NCBI GenBank assembly: GCA_965240325.2 | Contig: OZ251227.1 | Coordinates: forward strand, 620,001-684,000 | DNA: 64,000 nt | Direction of reading: 5' to 3' | Source: Rebecca billardiae RCC1528 | Taxonomy: Eukaryota > Protista > Haptophyta | Shown here: in pieces, positions 23,595 through 35,412 of the stretch | How the letters are laid out: each line of letters starts with the position of its first letter | Numbering within the stretch: the first letter of the stretch is position 1 | The notes under the pieces: model-generated | Database searches by the model: none | The model's input: the letters and a program-made list of their open reading frames with translations, nothing else | Told to the model about the DNA's origin: nothing | Made by a program: the position numbers and the translations under genes

Positions 23595-26500
23595 CGAGTG
23601 CGCGCGCGCCTCGCGCGCGGCGGCGAGCGCGGCGCTGACGCCCGCCGCCGGGTGGCCCGCGACCGCGACGGCGGCGGCGAGCAGCCCGCTCGCGCCGCCC
23701 CCGTCCGCACCGCCGCCGCCGCTCCCGCCGCCGCCGCCCGCGCCGCCCGCGCCGCCCGCGCGCGCGCGCGGCGCCACCTCGAACGAGCCCGCGCGCGTCG
23801 AGTGGCGGAAGGCAGCGAGGTCGGCGGCGGGGGCGGAGGGCGGCGCGGGGGCGAGCGGCGGCGGGGGCGGCGCCACGTCCGAGCGGGCGGCGGGCAGCGC
23901 CGCCGCCGCCGCCGCCGCCGCCGCGCGCCGCGCGCCGCGCGGCGCCGCGCCGCGGCCGCCGCCGCCGCCGCCGCCGCCGTGCGCGCACGGCGCGTGCGCG
24001 TGCGCCGCCGCGTGCGCGCGCAGCGCCGCCCACAGCGCGTCGAGCAGCGCGAGCACGGGCGCGGAGCCGGCGAGCTCGCACACGGCGCGCGCCGCGTCGA
24101 GGCGCGCCGCGGCGGGCGCGCTCGCCCACACGCCCTCCGCCGCGCGCGCCGCCCCGGCCTCGCCCCACCACCCGTCGCCCAGCGCGCACGCGGCGGGCGC
24201 GCGCGCGCGAGCGCGCGCGCGCACGCCGCGCGCGCGCGCGCCCGGCGGCGGCGGCGGCGGCTCGGCCGCGTCGGCGCGGCGCGCGGCGCCCGCGCCCGCG
24301 CCGTCGGCGCTCGTGTCCATCGGCTCGGCGGCCGCGCCGTGCGGCTGCGCGCGCGCGGACGCGGCGAGCGCGGCGGCGGCGGCGGCGGCGGTGCCGCGCG
24401 GCCGCGGCCGCAGCGCGCGGCAGCGCGGCGCGCCGCCGCCGCCGCCGCCGCCGCCGTCCGCCGCGTGTGCTGCGGCCGCGCCCGCCTGCCCGCAGTCGCA
24501 GAAGAAGCGGCTGAGCCTCGAGTAGCTCAGCTCGTGCCCCAGGTGGCACACCTGCGCGCACAGCGAGCAGCAGCCTGACGCGCCGGTGAGGCCGCACGTG
24601 TAGCAGTAGTACCAGTGCTGCTCGGTGAACGACGAGCCCGTGTGCACGAACGAGCAGACGAGCGCGTCCAGCGGGGCGGGGGCGGAGGGCGGCGCGGCGG
24701 GGCGGGGCGCGAGCGGGGCGGCGGGGGGCGCGGAGCCGCGGCCGCCGCCGGCGCACGCGCACGCGCACCCGCCGCCCGCCGACGCCGCGGCCGCGCGCGC
24801 GCGCAGCCGCGCGGCCGCGCCCGCGGCGCTGGGCGGCGGCGCGGCCGCGCGCCCTCCGGCGGTGCCGCCGCCCTCCGCCTCCGCCTCCGCCTCCGCCTCC
24901 TCCTCCTCCGCATCGTCGTCGTCGTCGTCGACGCCGCCCGAGCCGCCGGCGCTCGCGCCGGCGGCGGCGGCGCCGTCCACGCCGCGCGCGCCCGCCGCCG
25001 CCGCCACCGCCGCCTCGAGCGCGTGCAGCGCGTGCAGCGCACCCACGGGCGGCGGCGGCGCGGACGAGCGTGCGCACCCGCCGCCGCCGCCGTCCGCGTC
25101 CGCGTCCGCGGCCGCGTCGGCGGCGCCCCCGCCGCCGCCGAGCGTGCCAGCGAGCGCGGCCAGGGCGCGCGCGCGCGCGTCTGCGGGCGCGCTGCCGCCC
25201 GCCCGCTCCTCGTGCGACGCGTCCCACTCCGCCTCCTCCTCGTCCTCGTCCTCGTCCTCCTCCGCCTCCTCCTCCTCGCTGCTCTCGTCGCCGCTGTCGG
25301 CGTCGCTGTCGGCGGCGGCGGCGTTGGCGGCGGCGGCGGCGGCGTCTGCGGCCGCGGCCGCGCGGCTGCCGCCCGCATCCGCGCCGGAGGCGGCGGCGGC
25401 GGCGTCGGCGGCGGCGGCGGGTGCTGCGCGTGAGGCCGCGCCGCCGCCGCCCTCCGCGCGCACCACCCGCGCAGCGCCCGCCGCGAGGAACGCGCCCAGG
25501 TCGAGCGCGCACGCGGCGCGCGCGCACGCGTCCGCGCGCGCGGCCTCGGCCGCGGCGCCGCCGCCGCCGGCGCGCGCGCCGGCCGGCGGCGGCGGCTGGG
25601 CCGGCGGCTCGCGCAGCGCGGCGGCGGCGCCCTCGAGCTGCGCGAGCGTCGCGCGCGCCAGCTCGGCGTGCGCGCCGAGCAGCGCCGCCGCGCGCTGCGC
25701 GATGCCCAGCACCGCGCGCAGCTCGGGCGCGCACGGCGCGCCGCCGCCGTCCGCGCCGCCGCCGAGCGCGCGCGCGCACGCGGGCCAGACGGCGGCGGCG
25801 AGCTCGGTGGCGGCGGCGGCGGAGTCGGCGTCCGCGCCGGGGTGCAGGCAGTCGACGAGCGCGCGCGCGAGCGCGCCGCGCGCCCCGCCGTCCGCCCCGC
25901 CCTCCGCGCCGTGCGCCGTCGCGCGTCGCACCCACGCGCGCGCCCAGCCGTGAGCGCCGCGCACCGCCACCAGCCGACAGAGCGCGCGCCGCAGCGGCGC
26001 GCGCGGCCCGCCGCCGCCGGCGGCGCGGGGCGTGTCGGCGGCGTCGGCGGCGACGAGCGCGCAGAGCAGCTCGCGCGCGCGCGCGTCGGCGGGCGGCGCG
26101 GCGCCCGGCGCGAGCGCGCACTCGAGCAGCCACGCGAGCGGCGCGCCCTCCGCGCCGCCGCCGCCGCCCTCGGCGGCGGCGGCGGCGGCGGCGCCGCCGC
26201 CGAGCGCCGCCGCCTCCGCCGCTGCGCGCTGCTCTGCGCGTGCGAAGAGCTGGAGCGTGGCGGCGCGGCGCGTGTGCAGCGCGCGCGAGAGCGCGCCGAG
26301 CGCCTCGGCGAGCGCCGCGTCCGACGCCGCGGCGTGCGTGCCCGCGTGCGCGCGCGCGCACGCCGCGAGCGCGTGCGCGCGCTCGACCGCGCGCGCGTCC
26401 ACCGCAGCGGCCGCGGCCGCGGTGCCGCCGTCCGCGCCGGCGGCGGCGGGGTCGGCGGCGGCGGCGGCGATGCGCTCGAGCGCGCGGCGCGCGGCGGCGG

Positions 26501-26850
26501 CGGCGGCGGGCGCGGCCCAGCACCCGCCCGCCGACGCGGCCAGCGCGGCGGCGCAGGGCGCGTGCGCGGCCAGCGCGCGCGCCGCCGCGCCGCCGCCGGC
26601 CGCGCCGAGCGCGCCCGCCAGCGCGGCCACCGCGTCCGCGGCCGCGCACGCGGCCGCGTGCGCGCGCGCGGCGGAGAGCAGGGCGCCGACGAGCGGCGCG
26701 AGGGCCGCGGGCACGCCGTCGGGCGCGCGCGCGCGCAGCAGCGCCTCGTGCGCGCCCGCGTGCGCGCACAGCGAAGCCACCGTCAGCGCCGCCGCCGTGG
26801 GCGCGGCCGCGCCGCCGCCGGGCTCGGCGCCGCCGCCGCGCGCGCCGCGC

Positions 26851-26892
<42 letters not shown>

Positions 26893-27912
26893 GGCGGCGC
26901 GGCGAGCGCGACGATCGCCGCGGCGGGTGCCGCGCCCACGCCCGCGAGCTCGAGCAGCGCGCGCGCGGCCGCGGCCCCCAGCCCCGCGCCCAGCACGGCG
27001 AGCGCGAGCTCGGGCGGCGCGGCGTCGGCGGCGGCGTCGGCGGCGGGCGCGGCGCACAGCGCGCGCGTGAGCTCGCGCGCCGCGCCGCTCAGCGCGGCGC
27101 GGCTCGCGGCGACGGCGGCGGCGGCGGGCTCGGCGGTCGCGTCGGCGAGCGCGCGGCCGCGCGCGCGCGCGGCGGCGCCGGCGCTCCCGCTCTGCGCGCG
27201 CGCCGCCACGCCGCCCGCCGCCGCGCGCAGCACGTGGCACAGCCGGCTCAGCGCGGCGTGCGCGCGCGCGCTGCCGCCCGCCGCGGCCGCGGCCGCGCCG
27301 AGCGCGCCGCCGAGCGCGGCCGCGCGCGCGCCGTACGCGCGCTCGTCGTCCGCGCCGCCGGCGGCGGGGCGCGCGGCGGCGGCGGCGGCGCTCGGCGGCG
27401 CGTCGGCGCCGCCGTGCGCGCCGTCCGCGCCGCCGAGCGCCACGCCGAGCAGCCAGAGATTGTGCGCGCCGCGGCGCTCGACGACGCGCGGCGCGTCGGC
27501 GGCGGGCGCGCGCGCGCCCGCCGCCGCGGCCGGCGGCGGCGGCAGCAGCGGCAGCACGCCGCCTCGCCACGGCTCTGGCGGCGGCAGCGCGGGCAGCAGG
27601 GCGCACGCCACGTCGCGCAGCAGCGCGCACGCCGCCTCGTCCGCCGCGCCGCCCCCCGCCGGCCGCGCGCACGACAGCGCGTGCAGCGCGCCGTACAGCT
27701 CGCCGTGCGCGCGCGCGTCGCGGCCGGGCGCGCGCGCGAGCTCGGCCGCGCACGCGCCCGCGCGCGCGGGCGGCGCGCAGAGGATGGCGTCGGGGTCGGC
27801 GAGGAGCGCGCGCGCCAGCGCGTCGTCCACGCCCAGCGCGGCGGACGCGGAGCGCTCGCACGCGGCCGGCCCGCGCGGCGGCTCGGCCCACGCCCACGCC
27901 AGCCACTCGCGC

Positions 27913-27946
<34 letters not shown>

Positions 27947-29083
27947 CGGCCGGCGGCGCGGCCTCGAGCGCGCGGCGCGCGGCCGCTGCGAGCGGGTGCG
28001 TGGGCTGGTGCGCGCGCAGGCCGTGCGCGAGGATGGCGAGCAGCTGCACGCACGCGATGCTGCCGCCCGCGCGCAGCGCGGGCGCGGGGCGCTCGAAGGG
28101 CGCGGGCCCGCCCTCGCGGCCCGCCGCCGCGCCGCGCGGCCCCTCGGCCGCGCGCGCTGCGAGCGCGTCCGCCGCCGCGCGCAGCAGGGCCGCCTTCTCC
28201 TCCGAGCTGCCGAGCGCGTGCGCGCAGTAGGCGAGGGCGCGCGCGGAGGCGAGGGGCAGCGCGCCCTGCGCGAGGAGCGCGTGCGACAGGGACGCGCCGG
28301 CCGCGTGCGCGCCGCCGCCGCCGCCGAGCCCCAGCTCCATCGGCTCGGGACCAGCGGCATCATCGCACATGCCGCCGTCTGCGCCGCCGTCCGCGCCGCC
28401 GCCGTCCGCGCCGCCGCCGCCGCCGCCGCCGCCGCCGAGCGCTTGCAGTGCGCCGAGCAGCAGCTGCACGCACAGCGAGCGCGGCGGAGGCGAGGGCGGC
28501 GCGGAGGGCGGCGAGGCGGCGGCCGCCTCCAACTCCGCCGCCGACGCGAGCGCGAGGCGCACGCTCAGCGCCAGCGGCTCCCGCCGCATGAGGGCGCGCG
28601 CGCCGCCGAGCGCGCCGAGCGCGCGGCCCCGCGCGCCGCCGCCGAGCGCGCCGCTGCCGCCCACCGCCGCGGACAGCGCGCGCAGCTGCGCGCGCGCGGC
28701 CGGGTGGTGCACGTCGGCGGCGCCGAGCGCGCGCGCGAGCGCCTCGACGACGAGCGGCGCGCGCAGCTGCGCGCGCACCGCGCCGCGCAGCGCGCACGCC
28801 GCCGCCGCGCCCTCCGCGCCGCCGTGCGCGTGCGCGTGCGCGTGCGCGTGCGCGTGCGCGTCGAAGAGCAGCTCGCAGCCCACGGCGGCGAGGGCGCACG
28901 CGCACTCGGCCGCGCCGACCGGGCCGTCGCGCGGCGTGGCGGCCGCGCCGCCGCCGCCGCCGCCGCCGCGCTGCCGAGGCGCCGCGCCCGCCCAGTCGGC
29001 CGCGCACGCCGCGGGGCCGCGCGCGGGCGGCGCGCCGAGCGCGCCGCGCCGCGCCGCGGCCGCCGCGCCGCCGGCCGCGGCGC

Positions 29084-29123
<40 letters not shown>

Positions 29124-32100
29124 CAGCGGCGGCGCGTGCGCCGCGCCTCCTCCCGAGCCTCGGCGCGCCGCGCCCTCCGCCTCCTCCGCGCCCTCGTCCG
29201 CGCACGCCACCGCCCACGCCACCGCCGCCACCCACGTGACCACCAGACCGCCGCCGCCGCCGCCGCACGCGCCGCCGCCGCCGCCGTCGGCGGCGGCGTC
29301 GGCGGCGGTCGCGGCGGCGCGCGCGCGCGGCGGCGGCGGCTCGGCGGCGGGCGCGATGGCGGCGGCCACCTCGGCCTCCGCGCCCGCGCCCACCGCCTCG
29401 GCGGCCGCCTCGGCGCCGGTGGCGCTCAGCTCAGCGAGCACGAAACACAGCAACGCCACCGCTGCCGGCGGCGGCGGCGGCGCGCACGCGCTCAGCGCGC
29501 GGCGCAGGCGCGCGGCGGCGGTGGGGTCGGCGGCGGGCGCGGCGGCGCCGGGGAGCGGCGGGTGCGGCGCGGCGCACACCGCGCGCAGCACGCCCGGCGC
29601 GTCCACCGCCACCGCGAGCGCCGCGCTCAGCTCGCGCGCCACGCCGCCCACCCAGCGCGCGCGCGCCACCGCGCTCGCCTCCGACGCACGCACGGCCTCG
29701 AGCGCGCCCTCGAGAGCGCGCGAGGCGGCGAGGGCGCGCAGCGCGGAGGAGGCGTGCGCGCGCGCCGACGCGGCGTGCGCGGACGCGCCGGCGGGCGCGG
29801 CGGGCGCGCGGCCGAACGGCGCGCTCGCGCCGCCGCCGCCGCCGCCGTCGGCGCGGACGAGCCGCGGGCGCGCGAGCGCGGCCGCTGCGAGCGCAAGCTC
29901 CGCACACTCCGCGCCGAGCTCGGTGGCGCAGGCGCGCGTGGCGGGCGCGGCGCGCGCGAGGGCGAGGGTGGCGGCGCACAGCTCGATCGCGGCGGCGGTG
30001 CCGCCGTCCGCGCCACCGCCCGCGCCCGACGCACCCGCCGGCAGCGCCGCGCCCGCCGCGCTCAGCGCCCGGCACGCCGCCGCGGCCGCGCACAGCGTCA
30101 GCCGCACGCCGTCCAGCGCGCCCACCCACAGGGCGCACAGCTGCGCGCGCGCGCCCTCGGCGGCGGAGGGCGCGGCGGCGCGCGAGGCCGGCGCGGACGC
30201 GCCCGGCGGCAGCGCCGCGGGCTGCGGCGCGCCGATCGCGGCGAGCATGGCGGCCGCTCCGCTCTGGCGCGCGGGCGGCGCGGGCGGCGCGGGCGGCGGC
30301 GCGGCCGCCGCGCCGTCGCCGCCGCCGCCGCCGCCCGCCGATCCGCCGCCCGGCGCGGCGGCGACGGCGCTCGCCGCGGCGACGGCGCTCGCCACCGTCG
30401 CCGCCGCCGCCGCGTCCGCCGCCGCGACGGCGGAGGCGAACGGGACGAGGTTGGTGGGCGGCGCGCGCGGCGTGCGCAGCGCGCGCAGCAAGCCCGCGCG
30501 CGCTTCGGGCGCGGCGTGCGGCAGCAGCAGCGCGCGCGCGATCGCCGTGGCGTGCGACGCGGCGCGCAGCAGCGCGACGGGCTCGGCCGCGGCCGCGAGC
30601 GTCGCCGACGCGCGCGCACCGCGCGCACCGCCACCCGCCGCGCCGCCGACGCCCGCCGCGAGCGCGCCAGTCGCGGTGCTCGGCTCGCCGCCGCCCGCGC
30701 CCGGCGGGTGCTGCGCTGCCGACTCGAGCGCCGGCTCGGCCGGCGGCACGCCGGAGGCGGGCGGCGCGGCCGCGTCGGCGGCGGCGCGCGCCGCCGCCGC
30801 CGACACCGCCGCCGCGTCGGCGCCCACGGCGGCGAGCCAGCCCGCGGCGCACGTGAGCAGCTGGCGGCAGGCCGCACGCACCGCCGCGCTGGGCGGCGCC
30901 AGAGCGTGAGCAGCGCCGTGCGCGCCGCCGCCGCCCGCCGCCGCGCCGCCCTCGGCGCGCGCGTGCGCGCCGCCATGGCGCGACTCGGCCGCGCGCTGCC
31001 GCCGCGCCGCGCCGCCGCCGCCGCCGCCGCCATCCTCGCCGCCGCCCTCGCTGCCGCCGCCGTCCTCCGCGTCCGCCTCCACGCCGCCCAGTCCGGCCAG
31101 TCCGGCCGAGCGCGAGTCGGCGGTGCTGCCGCTGCGCGAGCTGGCAAGCAGCGCGCGCGCGGCGCCAAAGGGCCCGCCGCCCGGCTGCGCGCGCGCGCGC
31201 GCGTCGGCGGCGCCGGCGTCGGCGTCCTCGTCGTCCTCGTCGTCCTCCGCGCCGAACTCGCCGTCGTCGTACTGCGGCGGCGGCGGCGGCGCGGCCGGGC
31301 GGCGCGCGGCGCGCGGCGCGCGCCGGCCGGCGCCGGCGCCGCCGCCATCCATCGCATCGTCCTCGGCGGCGTCGTCGAGCGCGGCGGCGGGCTCGTCGTC
31401 GGAGTCGTCGTCGTCGTCCTGGCCCTCGTCGCTCAGGCCTGCGAGCCCGGGCTCCGAGCCCGAGCCGTCGTCGTCGCCGCACGCGCCGCCGTGATCGTCG
31501 GCGGCGCGGCGGCCCGCGCGCCGCTCCGCGGACGCGGCGGCGTAGCCGTCGTCGTCGTCGTCGTCCATCGGCTCGGCGCTGGCGGCGGCGCTGGCGGCGT
31601 GCGGCGGCGTGGCGCGCCACGCGCCACCTGCGTGCGCCGCGCCCGCCTCGGCCTCGGCCTCCGCGCCGCCGTGCAGCGCGCTCGCCGCCAGCTCGTGCGC
31701 GCACGCGGCCGCGAGCAGAACGAGCTCCTCGCGCGCGTGGCCGGCGGCGGCGGGCGCGTGCTCGGCGAGCAGCCGGGAGAACGGCGGGATGAGCGCGAGC
31801 AGGCGCTCGCGCCGCGTCGTACTCGGCGGCGCGAGCAGCTGCGCGCGCACCTCGTCGATGAGCGACTGCGCGCGGGCGGGCGGGCGGGCGGCAGGCATGC
31901 GCGCGCGGGCGCGGGCGTCGCGTAGGCGCGCGTGAGGCGGCGGCGCGACGCGCGCGCGAGGCGCGGCGCGCGCGAGCGGGGCGCACCACGATGATCGCAA
32001 CGTCCTCGAGCGCCTCCGCATGCGTGGCCTGGGGGCCCTGCGGCGGCGGCGGCTCGCGCGGCTTCTCGTGCGCGCTCGGCACGCTCGACTCGTCGTGCGG

Positions 32101-32223
32101 CGGCGCGTCGGGTGCATGCGGCTCCGGCGCGACCATGAGCGACTTGGAGAGCGAGATCGCGAGGAGCAGGTCTGGGTCCAGATGCGCGTGCCCGTCCTGC
32201 TGCTCACGCCCGTCGCGGCCCAT
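11051..32223 (-). CDS. UBR4: E3 ubiquitin ligase UBR4 / auxin-transport protein BIG orthologue, ~6,926 aa. Exons 32223-31987, 31865-11734, 11585-11384, 11260-11051
   Basis: UBR-box CSFVHTGSSFTEQHWYYCYTCGL...CCSLCAQVCHLGHELSYSRLSRFFCDCG. Cys-rich [35 protein letters not shown]...FLCNECGYCK. KAPTQDEFIRGSM. C-terminal hemiRING region CVVCHEGF...VYTFSKR...IHATCHRDA...EWAGATLRN...CNSLLP. The GT..AG introns give a total CDS of 20,781 nt, divisible by 3. Confidence 0.93.
16507..16576 (-). repeat. 9-bp coding tandem repeat encoding (HAQ)7 inside UBR4
   Basis: (GCTGAGCGT)n on the + strand. Confidence 0.9.
18283..18365. repeat. (CCG)n trinucleotide repeat encoding poly-Gly in UBR4
   Basis: About 27 perfect CCG units. 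Confidence 0.9.
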
Positions 32224-32409
32224 AAAGGTGCGCCCGCGTCGCGGCCGGCGGTGCGCTGGCGTCCCCCGGTTGGCGGAGGCGACAGCCGTGTCCGCCCGAC
32301 GCCAAGCAAGGCCAGGAAGCAAGGTCTGGGGGGGGGTCCGGGCGATGTGCTCCAGCCTCCTCGCCGTATCCGGTCCAGTGCGCCGATGCCACGACAGTTC
32401 CCCCGCGCG

Positions 32410-33714
32410 ATGGCGCCTGTCAGGCCGGCCGTCATCACGGCCTCCGCGCTCGCGCTCGCGCTCGCCGCGCGCGGCGGCGCGGCGGCGGCGGGGCCCGACG
32501 GGCCGCAGCTGCTGCTCACACACCGGCGCGACAAGCTGCGCAGCGTGCTCGACGCGGAGGTGCGGCTCGTGCTCGGCGCGCGCGCAGCGCCGACAGCCGA
32601 CTGGGGGCTGTGGGAGCTGCGCGGAGACGCCGCACCCGAACTCGCGCGGCTCGCCGCGTTCCGGCTGCACCTGGTCGAGCTCGCCGCGGCGCCGTCGCTC
32701 CGTGAGCTCGTGCCGCGCGTGCGCGCGCGCCGGCTGCGCGACGTCGGCTGGACGCTGCGCGTGGAGGCGCTGGCGCCGCCGGCAGACGGCTCGCCTCGCA
32801 GCGCCGCGCTGTGCGCGCTCGCGCAGGCAATCGACGGGCCGCCCGCCGTCGGCGCGGCCGGATGGGACGATGTGCTCGCGGGCACGGCGGAGCACGCCGC
32901 CGCGCCCACGCAGTTCGTGCTCGTGCAGGGCGCGGCGGGCGAGCGCGCGTTCCGGCTGGCGCGCGTGTGCGGCGCTCAGCCTCGCGAGCTCTCTCCTGAG
33001 GGCGAGCTGGCCGCGATGTGGCGGCGGCGGCCGTTCACGTTCGAGGCGGCGACGGACCTGACGCTGGCGCGTGCCGCGGTCTCCGCCGCGCTCGCCGCGG
33101 ACGACGACGACGCCGAGCGCTACCCGCCCGGCCCGCTGTCCGTCTTCGACCCGTGCTGCGGCTCGGGCACGCTCGCGTTCGCCGCGGCGAGCTCGCGCGG
33201 GGTGGCCTCGATGCTGTCGGACGTGAACGAGCGCTGCGTGCACGGCGCCGCGGCGAACCTGCGCTGGGCGGCGGCAGAGCTCGGCGCGGGCGGCGCGACG
33301 GCGGCACTCGTCGCACCGCCGCTCGCCGCACGCGCGGCGCGCGCGCTCGGGCGCGCGCGCGTGCTCGGCGCTCGCGACGCCCGCGGCGCGTCGGGCGGCG
33401 GCGCGGCGCCGCCGCTCGCGCCGCCGCCCGCGCACATCGTGGCCAACATCCCGTGGAATCGCGGCGCGCGCACGCCCGGATCGGACCACCGGGCGTACGT
33501 GCGCGCGCTGCTCGCCGGGCTGCGCGACGTGGGCGCGCCGGGCGCGCGGTACGCGCTCGTGAGCGGCGAGCCGATCGGCACCGAGCTGCGCGCGCTTGGG
33601 TACGCGCTGCGCGCCGAGGCGCCCGTCGGCGGCGTGCGCGGCGGCCCGCCGGCGTGCGTGCTCACCGTCGCGCGCGGACCGATCATCCGGCGCGTGCGAG
33701 CGCCTCCTCGATGA
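32410..33714 (+). CDS. Class I SAM-dependent (putative RNA m2G-type, UPF0020-like) methyltransferase
   Basis: Motif I VFDPCCGSGTLAFAA, motif II SDVNERCVHGAAANL, and NPPY-like IVANIPW. Hydrophobic N-terminus MAPVRPAVITASALALALAA. Confidence 0.7.
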   Translation: MAPVRPAVITASALALALAARGGAAAAGPDGPQLLLTHRRDKLRSVLDAEVRLVLGARAAPTADWGLWELRGDAAPELARLAAFRLHLVELAAAPSLRELVPRVRARRLRDVGWTLRVEALAPPADGSPRSAALCALAQAIDGPPAVGAAGWDDVLAGTAEHAAAPTQFVLVQGAAGERAFRLARVCGAQPRELSPEGELAAMWRRRPFTFEAATDLTLARAAVSAALAADDDDAERYPPGPLSVFDPCCGSGTLAFAAASSRGVASMLSDVNERCVHGAAANLRWAAAELGAGGATAALVAPPLAARAARALGRARVLGARDARGASGGGAAPPLAPPPAHIVANIPWNRGARTPGSDHRAYVRALLAGLRDVGAPGARYALVSGEPIGTELRALGYALRAEAPVGGVRGGPPACVLTVARGPIIRRVRAPPR

Positions 33715-34128
33715 GCGCCGAGCATCGCGCCCATCCCGATCCACGTACTGCTGCTGCCGTGCCATATGAACTGTACGACTACTGCTGCTGCTGATCGTCG
33801 ACGCGATGACGACGACGATGACGACGACATTTATTCGTCGCGCAGTGATGATGGCGCGCGGGACACGGTGATGGGCGTGGCGCGCGCTGCGGCGGCAGTC
33901 AATGTGCCCGTGCTCGGGTGATGGGCGCTCGGGGGACCGATGGTCGGCTACGACTGCTATATATATGCTGAGTAGCAGACGACGATATCGACTATATATT
34001 CAAGCAGTCACTTATATTAATATTCAACGCATGTCGCGTACTATGCGCGGTAGCTATAGTACAGCGCATCGACGGCTACGACGCGCGACTACGCGGGCGC
34101 ATGAGTATACTGATTACTGATGTGATGA

Positions 34129-34523
34129 CTAGCACCTGGAGATGGCGGCGGCCGCCGCCGCGCCCGTGGCGTGCGACGACTGCGCGCCAGGAGTGACGAT
34201 GTTGCTGCCATTCGCCGGCGCCCCCGCCGCGCCCGGCGGCGCCGATGAAATGGTCCTGGACGAGGGCGGCGCAGTCGAGGAATCGCAGTACGGCGCGTAC
34301 GGCGGCGGTAGCGCGCTGCCTGCCGCCTGCAGCGTCACGTCGTCCAGCCGCGCGGCCGGGCCCGCGCACGCGCGTGCGGCAGCGAACGGGTCCCCCACTG
34401 CAGACGCGTCCGTGGCGGCGGCCGGCTGCTCGCTCGCGTCGCCGCAGCCCGCCGCTTGCGCGGACAGTCGGTGTGGCCGTGCAAAGGGGTTGTCGATGCC
34501 GCCTCCAGGCGCTGCTGCTGCAG

Positions 34524-34554
<31 letters not shown>

Positions 34555-35378
34555 GAGCGCAGGCGGCGCGGGCGGCGCCGCCGCCACCGGCGGTGGCGGT
34601 GGCGCGGGCGCTCGCGCGGCCTCGCCGCCCCTCATCCACGTCGTCGCGAGCTCGACGTCGGGTGCGGCCGCCATGCGGGGCGGCAGGGCCGGCGGCGGCG
34701 CGCTTGTGCCGGCGGCGCGGGCGGCGCGGGCCCCGGGCGCGGCCGGCCCGCCGCGCCGCAGCGCGGCGGGCCCCTTGGCGCGCGCGTAGTGCCGGCGCAG
34801 CGCGAGCATCGCGCAGAAGCCGAGCGTGGCGGCGGCGACCGAGCAGAGCACGATGGCGAGCGTCTGCTGCCGCCGCGCGGCCGCGTCGTGCGAGAGCCGA
34901 CCGCCCGGCGGCGCCGGCGGGGGCGGCGAGCGCAGGTACAGCGGGAGCGGGCTGGGCGGCGGCGGGCGCGGCGGCGGCGGGCTCGGGCTGGGCGGCGGCG
35001 GGCTCGGCGGCGGCGCGGGCCCCACGTAGAAGTCGACAAAGTCGGTGCCCCTGAACTCGCCGCCGCGCGCCAGCTCCTGTCCGTCGAGCAGCACGCGGTA
35101 CTCGCCGTACCCGTACCAGCAGCACAGGCCGTCGAAGCCCTGGTCGAAGATCTCCCAGCGGTACGAGCCGTGCTGCACGTGCTCCACGTCCCACACCGTC
35201 GTGCCGTCGCCCGCCCCCATCGCCTCGCGCCGCAGCTCCACCAGCCCCGCGGGCGCGCGCACGAAGAGCGACCACGAGACCTCCTGCGGGTACTCGTCCG
35301 GGGACACGCGCACCTGCAGCCGCGCGCCCGGCGGCGCGGGCGGCGGCGAGGGCGGCGCGGGCGGCGCGGGCGGCGGGC

Positions 35379-35412
<34 letters not shown>

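Noticed and set aside
10890-31925. Huge + strand ORFs (3674, 2085, 1750 aa etc.) and alternative - frames over UBR4
   Set aside because: Arg/Ala/Gly low-complexity shadows with no motifs; stop codons are rare at this GC content and codon bias.
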